Shown: piece after piece, positions 1 to 11,562 of the stretch
How positions within the stretch are numbered: the first letter of the stretch is position 1
Layout of the letters: each line of letters begins with the position of its first letter
NCBI RefSeq assembly: GCF_006345805.1
Contig: NC_043003.1
Location: 98,084,001 to 98,148,000, forward strand
Direction of reading: 5' to 3'
Source: Octopus sinensis
Taxonomy: Eukaryota
Length of the DNA: 64,000 bases
Program-made: the position numbers and the translations under genes
Notes under the pieces: model-generated
Database searches by the model: none
What the model saw: the letters and a program-made list of their open reading frames with translations, nothing else
What the model was told of the DNA's origin: nothing

Positions 1-105
1 AAATATAAATATAAAAAATAAAAAATAAAAAATAAAAAATATAAAAAAAAAAAAATAATAAAATAAAAAATAAAAAATAAAAATAAAAATAAAAAATAAA
101 AATAA

Positions 106-140
<35 letters not shown>

Positions 141-1679
141 TATATAATATATATATAAAGGGGGGAATAGAGTTTTAGGTAAATAAGGAGATTCTCACTT
201 ATACCTCTACACATACACACATATATATCAAATCAACATACATATACATATCTACACATACACATATATATGTAGACATACACACACTCACTTGCATACA
301 CGTATACACACATGTATATATAACACACACGACCACACATACATATACCACAGAAAAATATATATATACACATACACAACACATCTACTCACATACACGC
401 ATACACACAAAATCCATACACACACATGCACACACAGCACACTAGTCCCTATATACACATATATACACATACACACATATAATACAACCCACACATACAC
501 ATACATACACATATAATACATACATACACATACATATACACATATATATACATACACATATAATATTATATATAATACACATGTATATACATAATGTGTA
601 CCCATGCATACCTACACATACACACATATATAATATAACATATACAAACAGACCCATTCCCTAATTTTAATTTATTATCTTCGTTTATTACTTTTGTTAT
701 CTTTGGCCGCTTGGTCACAAACATCTTGGCTATGACAGCCATACCATTTATCCGTCTACTGGAAAACAATTACTCATTCACTCACGCACACTCTTTAGCA
801 CGTACACTCACTCATTCGTACACTCATACGCATACACGCACGCACGCGTTATATTCATACATACATACATCTACATACATTCACGTGTATAGACTAGCCT
901 TCTAAGAGTGTAGACATGAATCTGTAGGTACGCGTACGTATGTGTATATACGTGAATGTATGTAGATGTATGTATGTATGAATATACGCGTGCGTGCGTG
1001 TATGCGTATGAGTGTACGAATGAGTGAGTGTACGTGCTAAAGAGTGTTGCGTGAGTGAATGAGTAATTGTTTTCCAGTAGACGGATAAATGGTCTGGCTG
1101 TCATAGCCAAGATGTTTGTGACCAAGCGGCCCAAAGATAAAAAGTAATAAACGAAGATAATAAAATTAAAATTAGGGAATGGGTCTGTATTTGTATATGT
1201 ATATATATATATGTGTGTATGTGTAGGTATGCATGGGTACACATATGTATATACATGTGTATATATATATATATATATGTGTATGTATATATATGTGTAT
1301 ATGATGTGTATGTATGTATATATTATGTGTATGTATGTGTATGTGGGGTGTATATATATGTGTGTATGTGTCATATGTGTATATAGGGACTAGTGTGCTG
1401 CTGTGTGTGCATGTGTGTGTATGGATTTGTGTGTATGCGTGTATGTGAGTAGATGTGTGTGTATGTGTATATATATTTTTCTGTGTGTATATGTATGGTG
1501 TGTCGTGTGTGTATATAACATGTGTGTATACGTGTATGCAAGTGAGTGGTGTATGTATACATATATATGTGTATGTGTAGATATGTATATGTATGTGTGA
1601 TTGTATATATATGTGTGTATGTGTAGAGGTATAAGTGAGAATCTCCTTATTTACCTAAAACTCTATTCCCCCCCTTTTT

Positions 1680-1721
<42 letters not shown>

Positions 1722-1880
1722 TTTTTTATTTTTTTATTTTGATTTTTATTTTTTATTTTTTATATTATTATTTTTTTTTATTTTCTATTTTTATTTTTAT
1801 TTTTTATATTTTATATTTTTTATTTTTTATTTTTTATTTTATTTTTTATTTTTATTTTTTATTTTATTTTTTATTTATTC
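1..1880. repeat. Large inverted duplication (arms ~1-890 and ~945-1880)
   Basis: gggggaatagagttttaggtaaataaggagattctcacttatacctctacac (~161-212) is the reverse complement of ~1621-1672, and ~650-800 mirrors ~1020-1190. Arms differ mostly by small indels. Confidence 0.9.
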
Positions 1881-2214
1881 TCCTATCTAATTTAACACTG
1901 ACTCCTTGACCACTCCCCCAAGTATGATTTTTTGCGCTATGCCTACCCCCAAAAGTCCCCCACCAACACCCCTTTAAACCTGCCTAAATGTATAAATGCC
2001 AATACAATTCTTGTTAACTAGCTTCCTGAAGATTTCTCTTGAATGAAACAGTTCTAGTCCTGTAGAAGCTCCTTCTATATAATAAATTAATTTTACTTCT
2101 ATGTATTGAGTACCTTATTACTGTGGTTAACCCCGAATCAACCGGGACCTACATATATATATATAATCTATATATATATATATATATTATATATATATAT
2201 ATGATATATATATG

Positions 2215-2245
<31 letters not shown>

Positions 2246-2767
2246 GTATATATATATATATATGTATAATATATATATATGTATGTATATATATATGTAT
2301 ATATATCTATTTATTTATATATATGTATATATATATCTATTTATATATATATATATGTCTTGGATATTATATATCTAAATTATATTTATATATATTTATA
2401 TATATTATATCTATTTATATATATATATGTATGTATGTACATGCATATATATGTGTATGTATATGTATATATGTATATGTATATGTATGTATATATGTAT
2501 ATGTATATGTATATATATATGTATATGTATATGTATATATATGTATATATATATGTATATATATGCATATATATATGTATATATAGAAGGCATTAAAACG
2601 TTCGGATAGTTAGACGATACAAAGACGGACAAGAGAAACAACAATTAGGACAGGCAAAAACAGACGGGTCATTCTTGTCTTTCTGTCATCTGTCAAGTCC
2701 CAGAAGTCACGACTATTCCGGGCAGTTACATTTGAGTTGGTTCGATCTGATATATAATATAATATAG

Positions 2768-2809
<42 letters not shown>

Positions 2810-2876
2810 TATATATATCTATATATATATATATGATATGTATATTATATATATATATACATTATGTATATGTATA

Positions 2877-3545
2877 TTAAATTAAGCAAACAATAGAGAA
2901 ATCTTGATCAACAACAAATGACTACCATCGATTATTATTTTTTAATACAAACCTTTATCTCATCTAACACCCATTTCTGCTTCCAATGTCCCATAGAAAA
3001 ATTCTGCTTCCAATGTCCCATAGAAAATTCTGAGAATAATATTTGTCATATTTTATAACACATCCAATCTCGAACATGGAACTTCACCAGATAAGGATAA
3101 TACTTAAGGATAATACTTAAAATAAAAGAAGAGCCTCGAGGCTATTCTTTTCTTCACTTTTCTTTCATTTTATGTATTTTTCTTCACTATGATGAAGCTC
3201 CATGTTCCAGATCGGATGTGTTACAAAATATGACGAATATTATTCTCAGAATTTTCCTTGGCAATACTGTGGGACATTGGAAGCAGAAACAGCTGTTAGA
3301 TGAGATAAAGGTTTGTATTAAAAAATAATAATCGAAGGTAGTTAATTGTTGTTGATCAAGATTTCTCCATTTTCTGCTTAATTTAAATTGATTCCTGATA
3401 AGCTCTTGTTTATCGTTGTTATTGCCTGTATCCTATGAGCATAATATTCTTGCATATGTATGCCCAGGGTTAATATAGGTAATTTATACCAGTAGTAAAA
3501 TTCGTATCCCTTAGACGGTTATTCCAACCGCTAACTCTATTAGCC
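2877..3545 (+). mobile_element. Penelope-like terminal-repeat fragment with inverted partial copy and degenerate HHR
   Basis: Arms 2877-3090 and 3189-3386 are reverse complements. aTGATGA..GAAACAGCTGTT at 3189-3297. The 3' part is shared with 56860-57290. Confidence 0.55.
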
Positions 3546-3579
3546 TATACATACATACATATATACATACATACATACA

Positions 3580-3613
<34 letters not shown>

Positions 3614-3655
3614 CATATATACATACATATATACATACATACACACACATACACA

Positions 3656-3700
<45 letters not shown>

Positions 3701-4239
3701 CCTTAAACATCCTTCCTGCATGGTGTGGATGTAGGTGTCTTCAAAAGGGCACTGGATCCTCCCTGTCAAGGGTTTTAGATGAGCCTACCTCACGACAGGA
3801 AACACAAATAAGGGCTGCAGCATCGAACTCCCTCTTTCACCAAATGCCATATATTAGAGAAGGTTTCAAGTAATGGTGTAGCACAGCCAACGGTGGTGCC
3901 CCAGCACAACTGCAGCTTTAAAGCTGAAACAATTTACAGGTATACACGGTGACCCAAAGGTCACTGATGGGCTTCAATTTTTAATAACTTCCTTAACTTT
4001 ACAAATAAATGCATGAAATTTTGATACAATATAAAGGACATATTTTTGTAAAATTGTCGTATGTGTGACTTACTACAATTAAAAAATTTTTTTAAACCGT
4101 TGAACTTCACTTTGACAATTTTCATATCTTGGCATCTGAAGCAGTTGGAGATACGATAGTATAACCAAGCAAACATAAATTTTGGGAAAAAAATGCATTT
4201 GGTCAAATTTGGACATACGATAGTTTAACATAATAGCAA

Positions 4240-4280
<41 letters not shown>

Positions 4281-4479
4281 TATATTATATATATATATAT
4301 ATATTATATATATACTATATATATATATATATATATATATAACGCATATATATAATATAATATATATATTATATATATATATATATATATCTATAATCAT
4401 ATAGGAATTATATATATATATATATATAATATATCAATATATATAATCATATATATATCTATATATATATACATATATG

Positions 4480-4516
<37 letters not shown>

Positions 4517-5184
4517 ATATAGTATGATATATTGTATATGTCTAAATATATATACATATATGTAATGTATATATATATGTATATATATATATATATATAT
4601 GCACACATACATATACACGCACTCTCACACAAATAAAGAACCGAACAATTTCAAGACAAAATGTAATGGAACAACGATAGATCAAAAACACCTCCCAAAT
4701 ACCAGAGGTACAACAATATCACCATCCCTTCTTATTTGGCTCATAGTTTTTACTTTTCTCCTTGCCTCCGTTATTTAATTATATATTCACAAATTTGTTT
4801 ATTTTCATGTATTTAATTTGTGTAATTCTTGAAATTGGAAATTTCCGGGAAATTTCCTTCCCACAATCTATCTACAAGCAAACAGAATATCTACAGTACA
4901 AGCAGTTATGTTAAAGGTCATTAGACGCTTCGAGATAGTTGAATTTATCGCGTCTCGCCCATTGCGATCGTTTTTTGTGTTCGTGTATGCGAATATCTGT
5001 CTGTATATATTTATGTGTATGCATATATGTACATATATGTGTATGTATATACATACACATACATACCTACATACATACTATCTAAATATATATATATATA
5101 TAATATATATATATATTATATTATTATTATCAGGTCACTGCCTGGAATCGAACTCGGAATCTTGGGGTTAGTAGTCCGCACTAT

Positions 5185-5234
<50 letters not shown>

Positions 5235-5273
5235 TGTGTGTGTGTGTATATGTATACATGTGTATATATTACA

Positions 5274-5560
5274 TGTGTGGCGTAGTGGTGGTTAAGAGTG
5301 CGGACTACTAACCCCAAGATTCCGAGTTCGATTCCAGGCAGTGACCTGATTAATAATAATAATAATGATAATGATAATAATAATGATGATGATGATGATA
5401 GTAACGAAAAACTCCTTAGGATTGAGAACCCAGGCTGGAAACTTCCCCAAGACACCTGATGAAGGCTGGAGGGTATATCAGCCGAAACGTTGTATTAACA
5501 ACAAACAAGATGGAGACAAATACCCGTCAAATGTAAATAATGTAACTAATGTTTATGTAT
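5274..5560 (+). mobile_element. tRNA-derived SINE with AAT/GAT spacer and HHR-like tail; inverted copy of its head at 5117-5182
   Basis: A-box tggcgtagtgg, B-box gttcgattcc, (AAT/GAT)n, then a tail ending in tgtaaataatgtaactaatgt. Confidence 0.75.
5451..5496 (+). ncRNA. Minimal type I hammerhead ribozyme motif (one stem I mismatch)
   Basis: gacac CTGATGA a ggctg..cagcc GAA ACGT T gtatt. 5-bp stem II, palindromic ACGU stem III, GUU site. Confidence 0.6.
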
Positions 5561-6030
5561 AGTTTAAATAAGTATATATATGTTGTGTCTATACCTATAT
5601 ATGTATACACACACACACAGATACATATGACTCACACACACATATATGTGCGTATGTGAATAAATATACGTATATATTTGTGTGTGTGCATGTGTATATG
5701 AATATACATATGTATATATCATGTATATATGCATATCTTACGTAAAAGATACCAACGTTTATGTGTATATGCATGTATGTTTCAACCGTTTCAAGTAAAC
5801 AAGGTACTTTACTTCTAAGAAAAGAGCGGGAAAATGCAGTATGTGAAAATAACTCCCTACTTTCCGGCTTAACTTTTCCCGGAAAGCAAACCATCAACTG
5901 CATATGTAACACTAACGTGCGGAAGACCTACTTATACCGCAAGGAGAAGTCTACTTCCTTTCTACTATTTAATAAAGCAAATAAAGAGGCTTAGCTATGT
6001 GCGTTTTGTATATATATATATATATATATT

Positions 6031-6376
6031 GCGTGGCACCTTGGGCAAGTGTCTTCTACTATAGCCTCGGGCCGACCAAAGCCTTGTGAGTGGATTTGGT
6101 AGACGGAAACTGAAAGAAGCCCGTCGTTTATATGTATATGTATATGTATATATATGTGTGTGTGTTTGTGTGTCTGTGTTTGTCCACCCAACATCGCTTG
6201 ACAACCGGTGCTGGTGTGTTTACGTCCCCGTAACTTAGCAGTTCGGCAAAAGAGACCGATAGAATAAGTACTAGGCTTACAAAGAATAAGTCCCGGGGTC
6301 GAATTGCTCGACTAAAGGCGGTGCTCCAGCATGGCCGCAATCAAATGACTGAAACAAGTAAAAGAGTAAAGAGTAA
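6031..6376 (+). mobile_element. CORE-type tRNA SINE (OR1-like), 5'-truncated
   Basis: accttgggcaagtgtcttct core, internal (TA/TG)n, tail gaaacaagtaaaagagtaaagag; matches about 10 other copies in the window. Confidence 0.85.
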
Positions 6377-7029
6377 TATATATATATATATTAGTTCGAT
6401 AATAAACACGAAGTCCCTCTACAGCGAGACCCTTTTTTTATGTCTTTCTATCATATTTTAACCTCTCATCACCTGACATAAAGGTGCCTTCCATAATACA
6501 ACTCCTCCCTGAGTTGAGGGGATTTTCTTGTGAGTTATTTGATAACCTCACTTGTGTCGGTACCACGTAAAAAAAAAGCATCCAGTATATTCTGTAAAGT
6601 GGGTCATGTTAGGAACAGTAGGTAGCCGTAGAGGTTATGCCAAATTAGACATTGGAACCTGATGCAGTCTTCTGGCTCGAAAGCTCCTGTCAAACCATCC
6701 AGCTAGTTAGACTTATATAAAATGATAACAGACTTTATATAACTTTATATAACAGACTTATATAAAGTGATGTGTACATATATCTTGGCCACGTTGCTTC
6801 GTACTCGATCATGAAACAGCATTCGCTGCCGGATTGTCTTTCGGAGAACAATTTTTCTTTACGTATTTTGTAAAAAATACATTAAGTTTCAAACAACATA
6901 AGTTACCGTTGTTTCTATATGATCCCTCGGACATCTGAAGCCAGACATGTACAAACCAAAACATTTGTCGATATGTTTTGCGCACCCATACACACGCGCG
7001 CACTCCTCTCTCTCTTTCACACACACACA

Positions 7030-7081
<52 letters not shown>

Positions 7082-7552
7082 TCGCAAATATATTGAATAT
7101 CTTTTTTTTTATTAATGGTTTTTCATAATTTAGAAGGCATTCTTCATACTTTGTTTGGCAAAATAAATTTCCTAAGTCCGTTATCTACGTTTTTAAATTT
7201 TTATTTTGGTGTATGCTGCTGCCTATCTATGGTAAACTGATGGGATTACTATAGATTACTATAGACATCACCACTTGAATTAGAATTTTCATGGGTTGAT
7301 TTATATCATTCACTTGTAATTTTGCTTGCAACTGTTATCTGAATAATTTAGCATTTCGTTGTGTTTCAAATATAAGACTATCTCGATTGGATATTCCTCA
7401 ATCGTTTCCAGGGACCGTATTCTATGTGTACAATGGCGAAAGCAATTGAATACACTCATATTCAGCGCGCACGCACGCAAACACACACAAATACATGCAC
7501 GCGCACGCATATTCACATATACATGTGGTATATGTAAATGTATTTGTGTGTC

Positions 7553-7584
<32 letters not shown>

Positions 7585-7668
7585 AATGTGTGTATAAATG
7601 TCTGTGTGTGTGTATATATATATATATGTATGCACTATATTTATATAGGTATATATATGTGTGCATGT

Positions 7669-7960
7669 ATGTGAAAGTGCATAGTCTAGTGGTTGGCCTC
7701 GATATCGTGAGTTCTATCTCTGGATCTAGCAGCACATTGCACCCTTGGGCAAGATATACCATCTCCATTGGTCCAGTCTACTCAGTCGAAAATAGATACC
7801 ACTCAACTGCTGACGCAGCCTTCTACCCTTCTGCCAAGTAGCAGATACTGAATGTTCTGCTCAGCCAAGCATAAGGTGGCTGAAAGGATGTCTGTATCTA
7901 CTCGTGACTATGCAGGCATCTAAAACAATTAGTGAAAGCGTGGTACAAGCTAGTATTTCA
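7669..7960 (+). mobile_element. Diverged CORE-type SINE; its 5' part is duplicated at 9539-9712
   Basis: Degenerate A/B boxes (gcatagtctagtgg, gtgagttctatctc) followed by cccttgggcaag. Confidence 0.6.
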
Positions 7961-8012
7961 CACTCGCTTATGAGTAACGGCTAAGCTATTTTATGTCTTT
8001 CCGGTTTACCTA

Positions 8013-8076
<64 letters not shown>

Positions 8077-8159
8077 TGTGTATAAACTTTTGACTTGTAA
8101 AATTTGACTTGCAATGTATTTTAAAAATTGTTAATAGTCACCATTTTTCTCCCTCACAG

Positions 8160-8699
8160 GCCGAAAATGGAAAGAAATGAAGCAAGAACAGAGAGATCCC
8201 TTCTTGAAAGAAGCCGAACGGCTCCGTCTCCTGCACATGAAAGAACACCCGGATTACAAATATCGGCCGAGACGGAGAAAAAACCCCAAACGGAACATTA
8301 AGCGACCTGGGGGCTCAAATAGCGGATCTGGTTCCAACAATAGTCCAAGACCTGGTGCCAACAGCCATCACCACCAAAACAGTAGTAATAGCAATAGTAA
8401 TAATAGTCATGGTGCTGGTTCTGCTGTGGGTAGCAACTCCGGAATGTCTTCGAACAGCACATCATCTCTTATGATGCAGACTCAGTGTTCTCGAAGTAAT
8501 CGTGGAATGAACAGCATCACGGCAAGCGCCCCGATACTGTCCAATTTGCTGAACACACCAGATTCCTCACCTTGCTCCACTCCGCCAAACGAAGGCTTGG
8601 AAAAATGTCGTGCTCTGGGTGAGAAAGGCGTAGTGTACGACCGCACCTCCAGTAGCGGTGTATTGACCCCTGAGATGTCGCCGCACAACAATTCCGATG
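8160..8699 (+). CDS. SoxF: SoxF-like HMG-box transcription factor, internal coding exon (C-terminal half of HMG box plus Ser/Asn-rich region)
   Basis: Acceptor ctccctcacag|gc and donor gatg|gtaggt. Translation (G)[40 protein letters not shown] is a Sox HMG C-terminal half. The phase-1 intron in the LG codon matches the SoxF/SoxD position, not SoxE, and VLTPEMSP resembles the Sox7 PTPPEMSP motif. The Sox call is secure; subgroup F is an inference. Confidence 0.9.
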
Positions 8700-9329
8700 G
8701 TAGGTGTCTATTATGATTTTCTTGTAGTAGTAACTGTTTGTGTAGAGATATAACATATTTTATTATATTAGCATCAAATTATCTAATTAGAAATATCTAT
8801 GAAGTGGGAAAATAATATTAGATCAGAGACTAATATTATTTTAATCCTTTCGGTAAGTAAAAAACGAAGTACATATTTGAAAAGTTACCCGAGGAGACGC
8901 GTCTGCACCCATAATGCATCACAGTTGATTGTACAGCATCTCACTTGTAAGGTACTGGTACACGATGAATTGAAACGAACATAATCATTTTGAATAAAGT
9001 GTCTCATGAATTTCATTTGCAGTCTACGAACATTTTTACTCACGCTGGCCTCTGGTAAAAAATTAATATCTAATTTTTACCCTATATATATTATATATAT
9101 AAATTCAAAATGAAATTTTACACCGTTTACCCTCGAGTTTCATGTTGCCACTTTGTGATACACATGGGGCACCTTGATATACAAATACGGTTCAAGACGG
9201 TATTCGTTTCTTAGTTAAGATTGTGAGTCAAGTGAAATTTGGTTGTTATTTCTAAAATATAGAGGCGTTCTCCTCGTATGTGTGTGCTAAATATATAAAT
9301 AAACATTTCACTGGGCGTAGAGCGATGTT

Positions 9330-9520
9330 CAGGAAGGTTACGCATGTTGGACCGCTGAACTCTTCAGTGTTTTCCTTCTCTGTTTTTTAAAATTCTTTCT
9401 CCACTTTTTCCCTCTTATTCCTTTCTGTCGAAGAGCGTGGGCTCGAAACATAAATGGCTTTTCCATTTTTCCTGAGTGTCAAACTAATACACCTCCTTGT
9501 TGTTTCTACACCTCCTTGCA
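9330..9520 (+). mobile_element. Penelope-like terminal fragment with degenerate HHR (9421-9455) inside Sox intron
   Basis: ctttCTGTCGAagagcgtgggctcGAAACATAaat; homologous to 57840-57960. Confidence 0.5.
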
Positions 9521-9883
9521 ATATATATATATATAAATTGTGTGTATAAATGTCTGTGTGTGTGTGTATATGTATATATATGTATGCACTATATTTATAT
9601 GGGTATATATATGTGTGCATGTATGTGAAAGTGCATAGTCTGGTGGTTGGCCTCGCTATCGTGAGTTCTATCTCTGGATCTGACAGCACATTGCACCCTT
9701 GGGCAAGATATATATATATAAATGTGTGTATAAATGTCTTCGTCATTTGTTTTTCTTTTGATTCGTTTTCGTTCATTGAATGACCAAAGTAGTTTTAAAC
9801 ATTGAAATGAGAAATGCCACCAACAATTTCATATAAATAACTTCACTGTATTTTGTTTTCTTTCCTTTTTTTTTATTTCTCAG

Positions 9884-9963
9884 GTATGTTTAAATTCCCA
9901 CCGACTGATGATGCTTCTTTTAGACATTTTTATCATAATAACCAGTTTGCTAACAACCCGGCT

Positions 9964-9994
<31 letters not shown>

Positions 9995-11484
9995 GCAGTG
10001 TTGGCAATAATAACAACAACAACTTGATGGCGAATATAAGTTACAGCGAAATACTTCGAATGCAGTATGGCCAAAACTCGGCCGCTGCTCGCTTTGCTTC
10101 CAACGACTGGATATGTTCGGTTCCAACCAGTTTGAGCCTAGATTCCCGACCGGGCGACTGCACAATGCTACGAAGTCTCATTACACAGAATCACGGCATC
10201 GGTCCCCAGCGACGAAGCCCCTCAGTGGTGACGTCACATAATTCACCTATCAGCAGCATCGGTGGATATAGCAATCAACTGCCACCACCTCCACCGCCTC
10301 CGCCGCTCGCAGCAGTTCAACAACAACAACAACAGCAACAACATATGCAGCAGCAGCAGCAACAACACCAATTGCATCATCATCATCATCAACAACAGCA
10401 ACAACAGCATTCTCTTCCTCCTCATCTGAATCATTTTAGCAGTAAGCTCCAGCTGCATTCAGCAGAGCAAGACCTTACAAATTTACAGCAACAGAATCAC
10501 ATTCAACAACAACAACAACAGCAGCACCATCTTGTGGCAACTGCAAATCTACACCATCAGTCTCCTCATCCTCAGCAGCAACAGCAGCAGTCGCGGCAGA
10601 ATGGTCAACTAAGATCCCAACAAGCTGTGGTAGATGGAAATCAAAGTCTTTTACAACCTAGTCCGTACAACACTGTAATGCCACAAAATTTGATGACGTC
10701 ACCAATGATGGAACTGCGGCCAAATTCCGCCATGATGAACGGCGTTGCCAACAACGGCGTTGGTCACGTTGCTAATGGAAACGGAGTGATGATGAATGCA
10801 GTACATGCAACAGAATCCGAACTGGACTCTCTTTATTTGTTTGATCCTCCAGACGGTTCTGAATTCGATGAGATTTTAAATAACTGTGATCCGCTGAATG
10901 TTTCTACGATCAACGAAGAGGTCGGGGTAGTAGGTGGCGTGCCGAACGTCGCTAATTCAAACATTATGTCCGCTGGTGGACTGCCGATGCATATGACACA
11001 ACTGAATTCTTCTTCGATGCCACAGTCACATATGGACGCCAATCGTCAGTATTATCCGTCGATGCTTCCGCCATCGTTAACGTCACCCATGCAGCATCAG
11101 CAGCAGCAACAACAACAACAGCAGCAGCAGCAACTCGCACCACCTCCATACAACAATACTTTGACTTTAGAAGAACAGCATCATCATCATCGCCAACAAC
11201 AACAACAACAACAACAACAACAGCTTCAACTTCATCAACAACAGCTAAATCGAAACAATAGCAACAACAATATCGTTAGCGCTACTGGCAACTGTACAAC
11301 TCCTCCAACAACAAATAACAACAACAACAACAACAACAACAATTCGAACAACAGCAACATCAACAACATTAACAGCACCAATGCTGAATTTTCTAATTTT
11401 TACGACGACGGAAATTATGAGTTTTCTTGCTATCTTGTCTCGGCTTTTACTGTCAATGAGAACGATGATCTTTTCGCAAGTTAG
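9884..11484 (+). CDS. SoxF: SoxF-like transcription factor, terminal coding exon (Gln/Asn/His/Pro-rich transactivation region)
   Basis: Long pyrimidine tract plus cag|gt acceptor, phase 1 and in frame with the previous exon (G|GT Gly). About 533 open codons ending at TAG 11482-11484. Contains GSEFDEIL and NYEFSCYL, resembling the SoxE/F EFxQYL motif. Confidence 0.85.
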
Positions 11485-11528
11485 AGGAATGCCTAAAAGA
11501 CAGCAATGACGACGACGACGACAACGAT

Positions 11529-11562
<34 letters not shown>

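Noticed and set aside
5274-5345. tRNA-like heads here and in other repeats as tRNA genes
   Set aside because: No complete acceptor stem or terminator; they are SINE heads running directly into repeat bodies.
1-8159. First Sox coding exon (RPMNAFMVW half of the HMG box)
   Set aside because: Not found by eye or in the ORF track; presumed upstream of the window.
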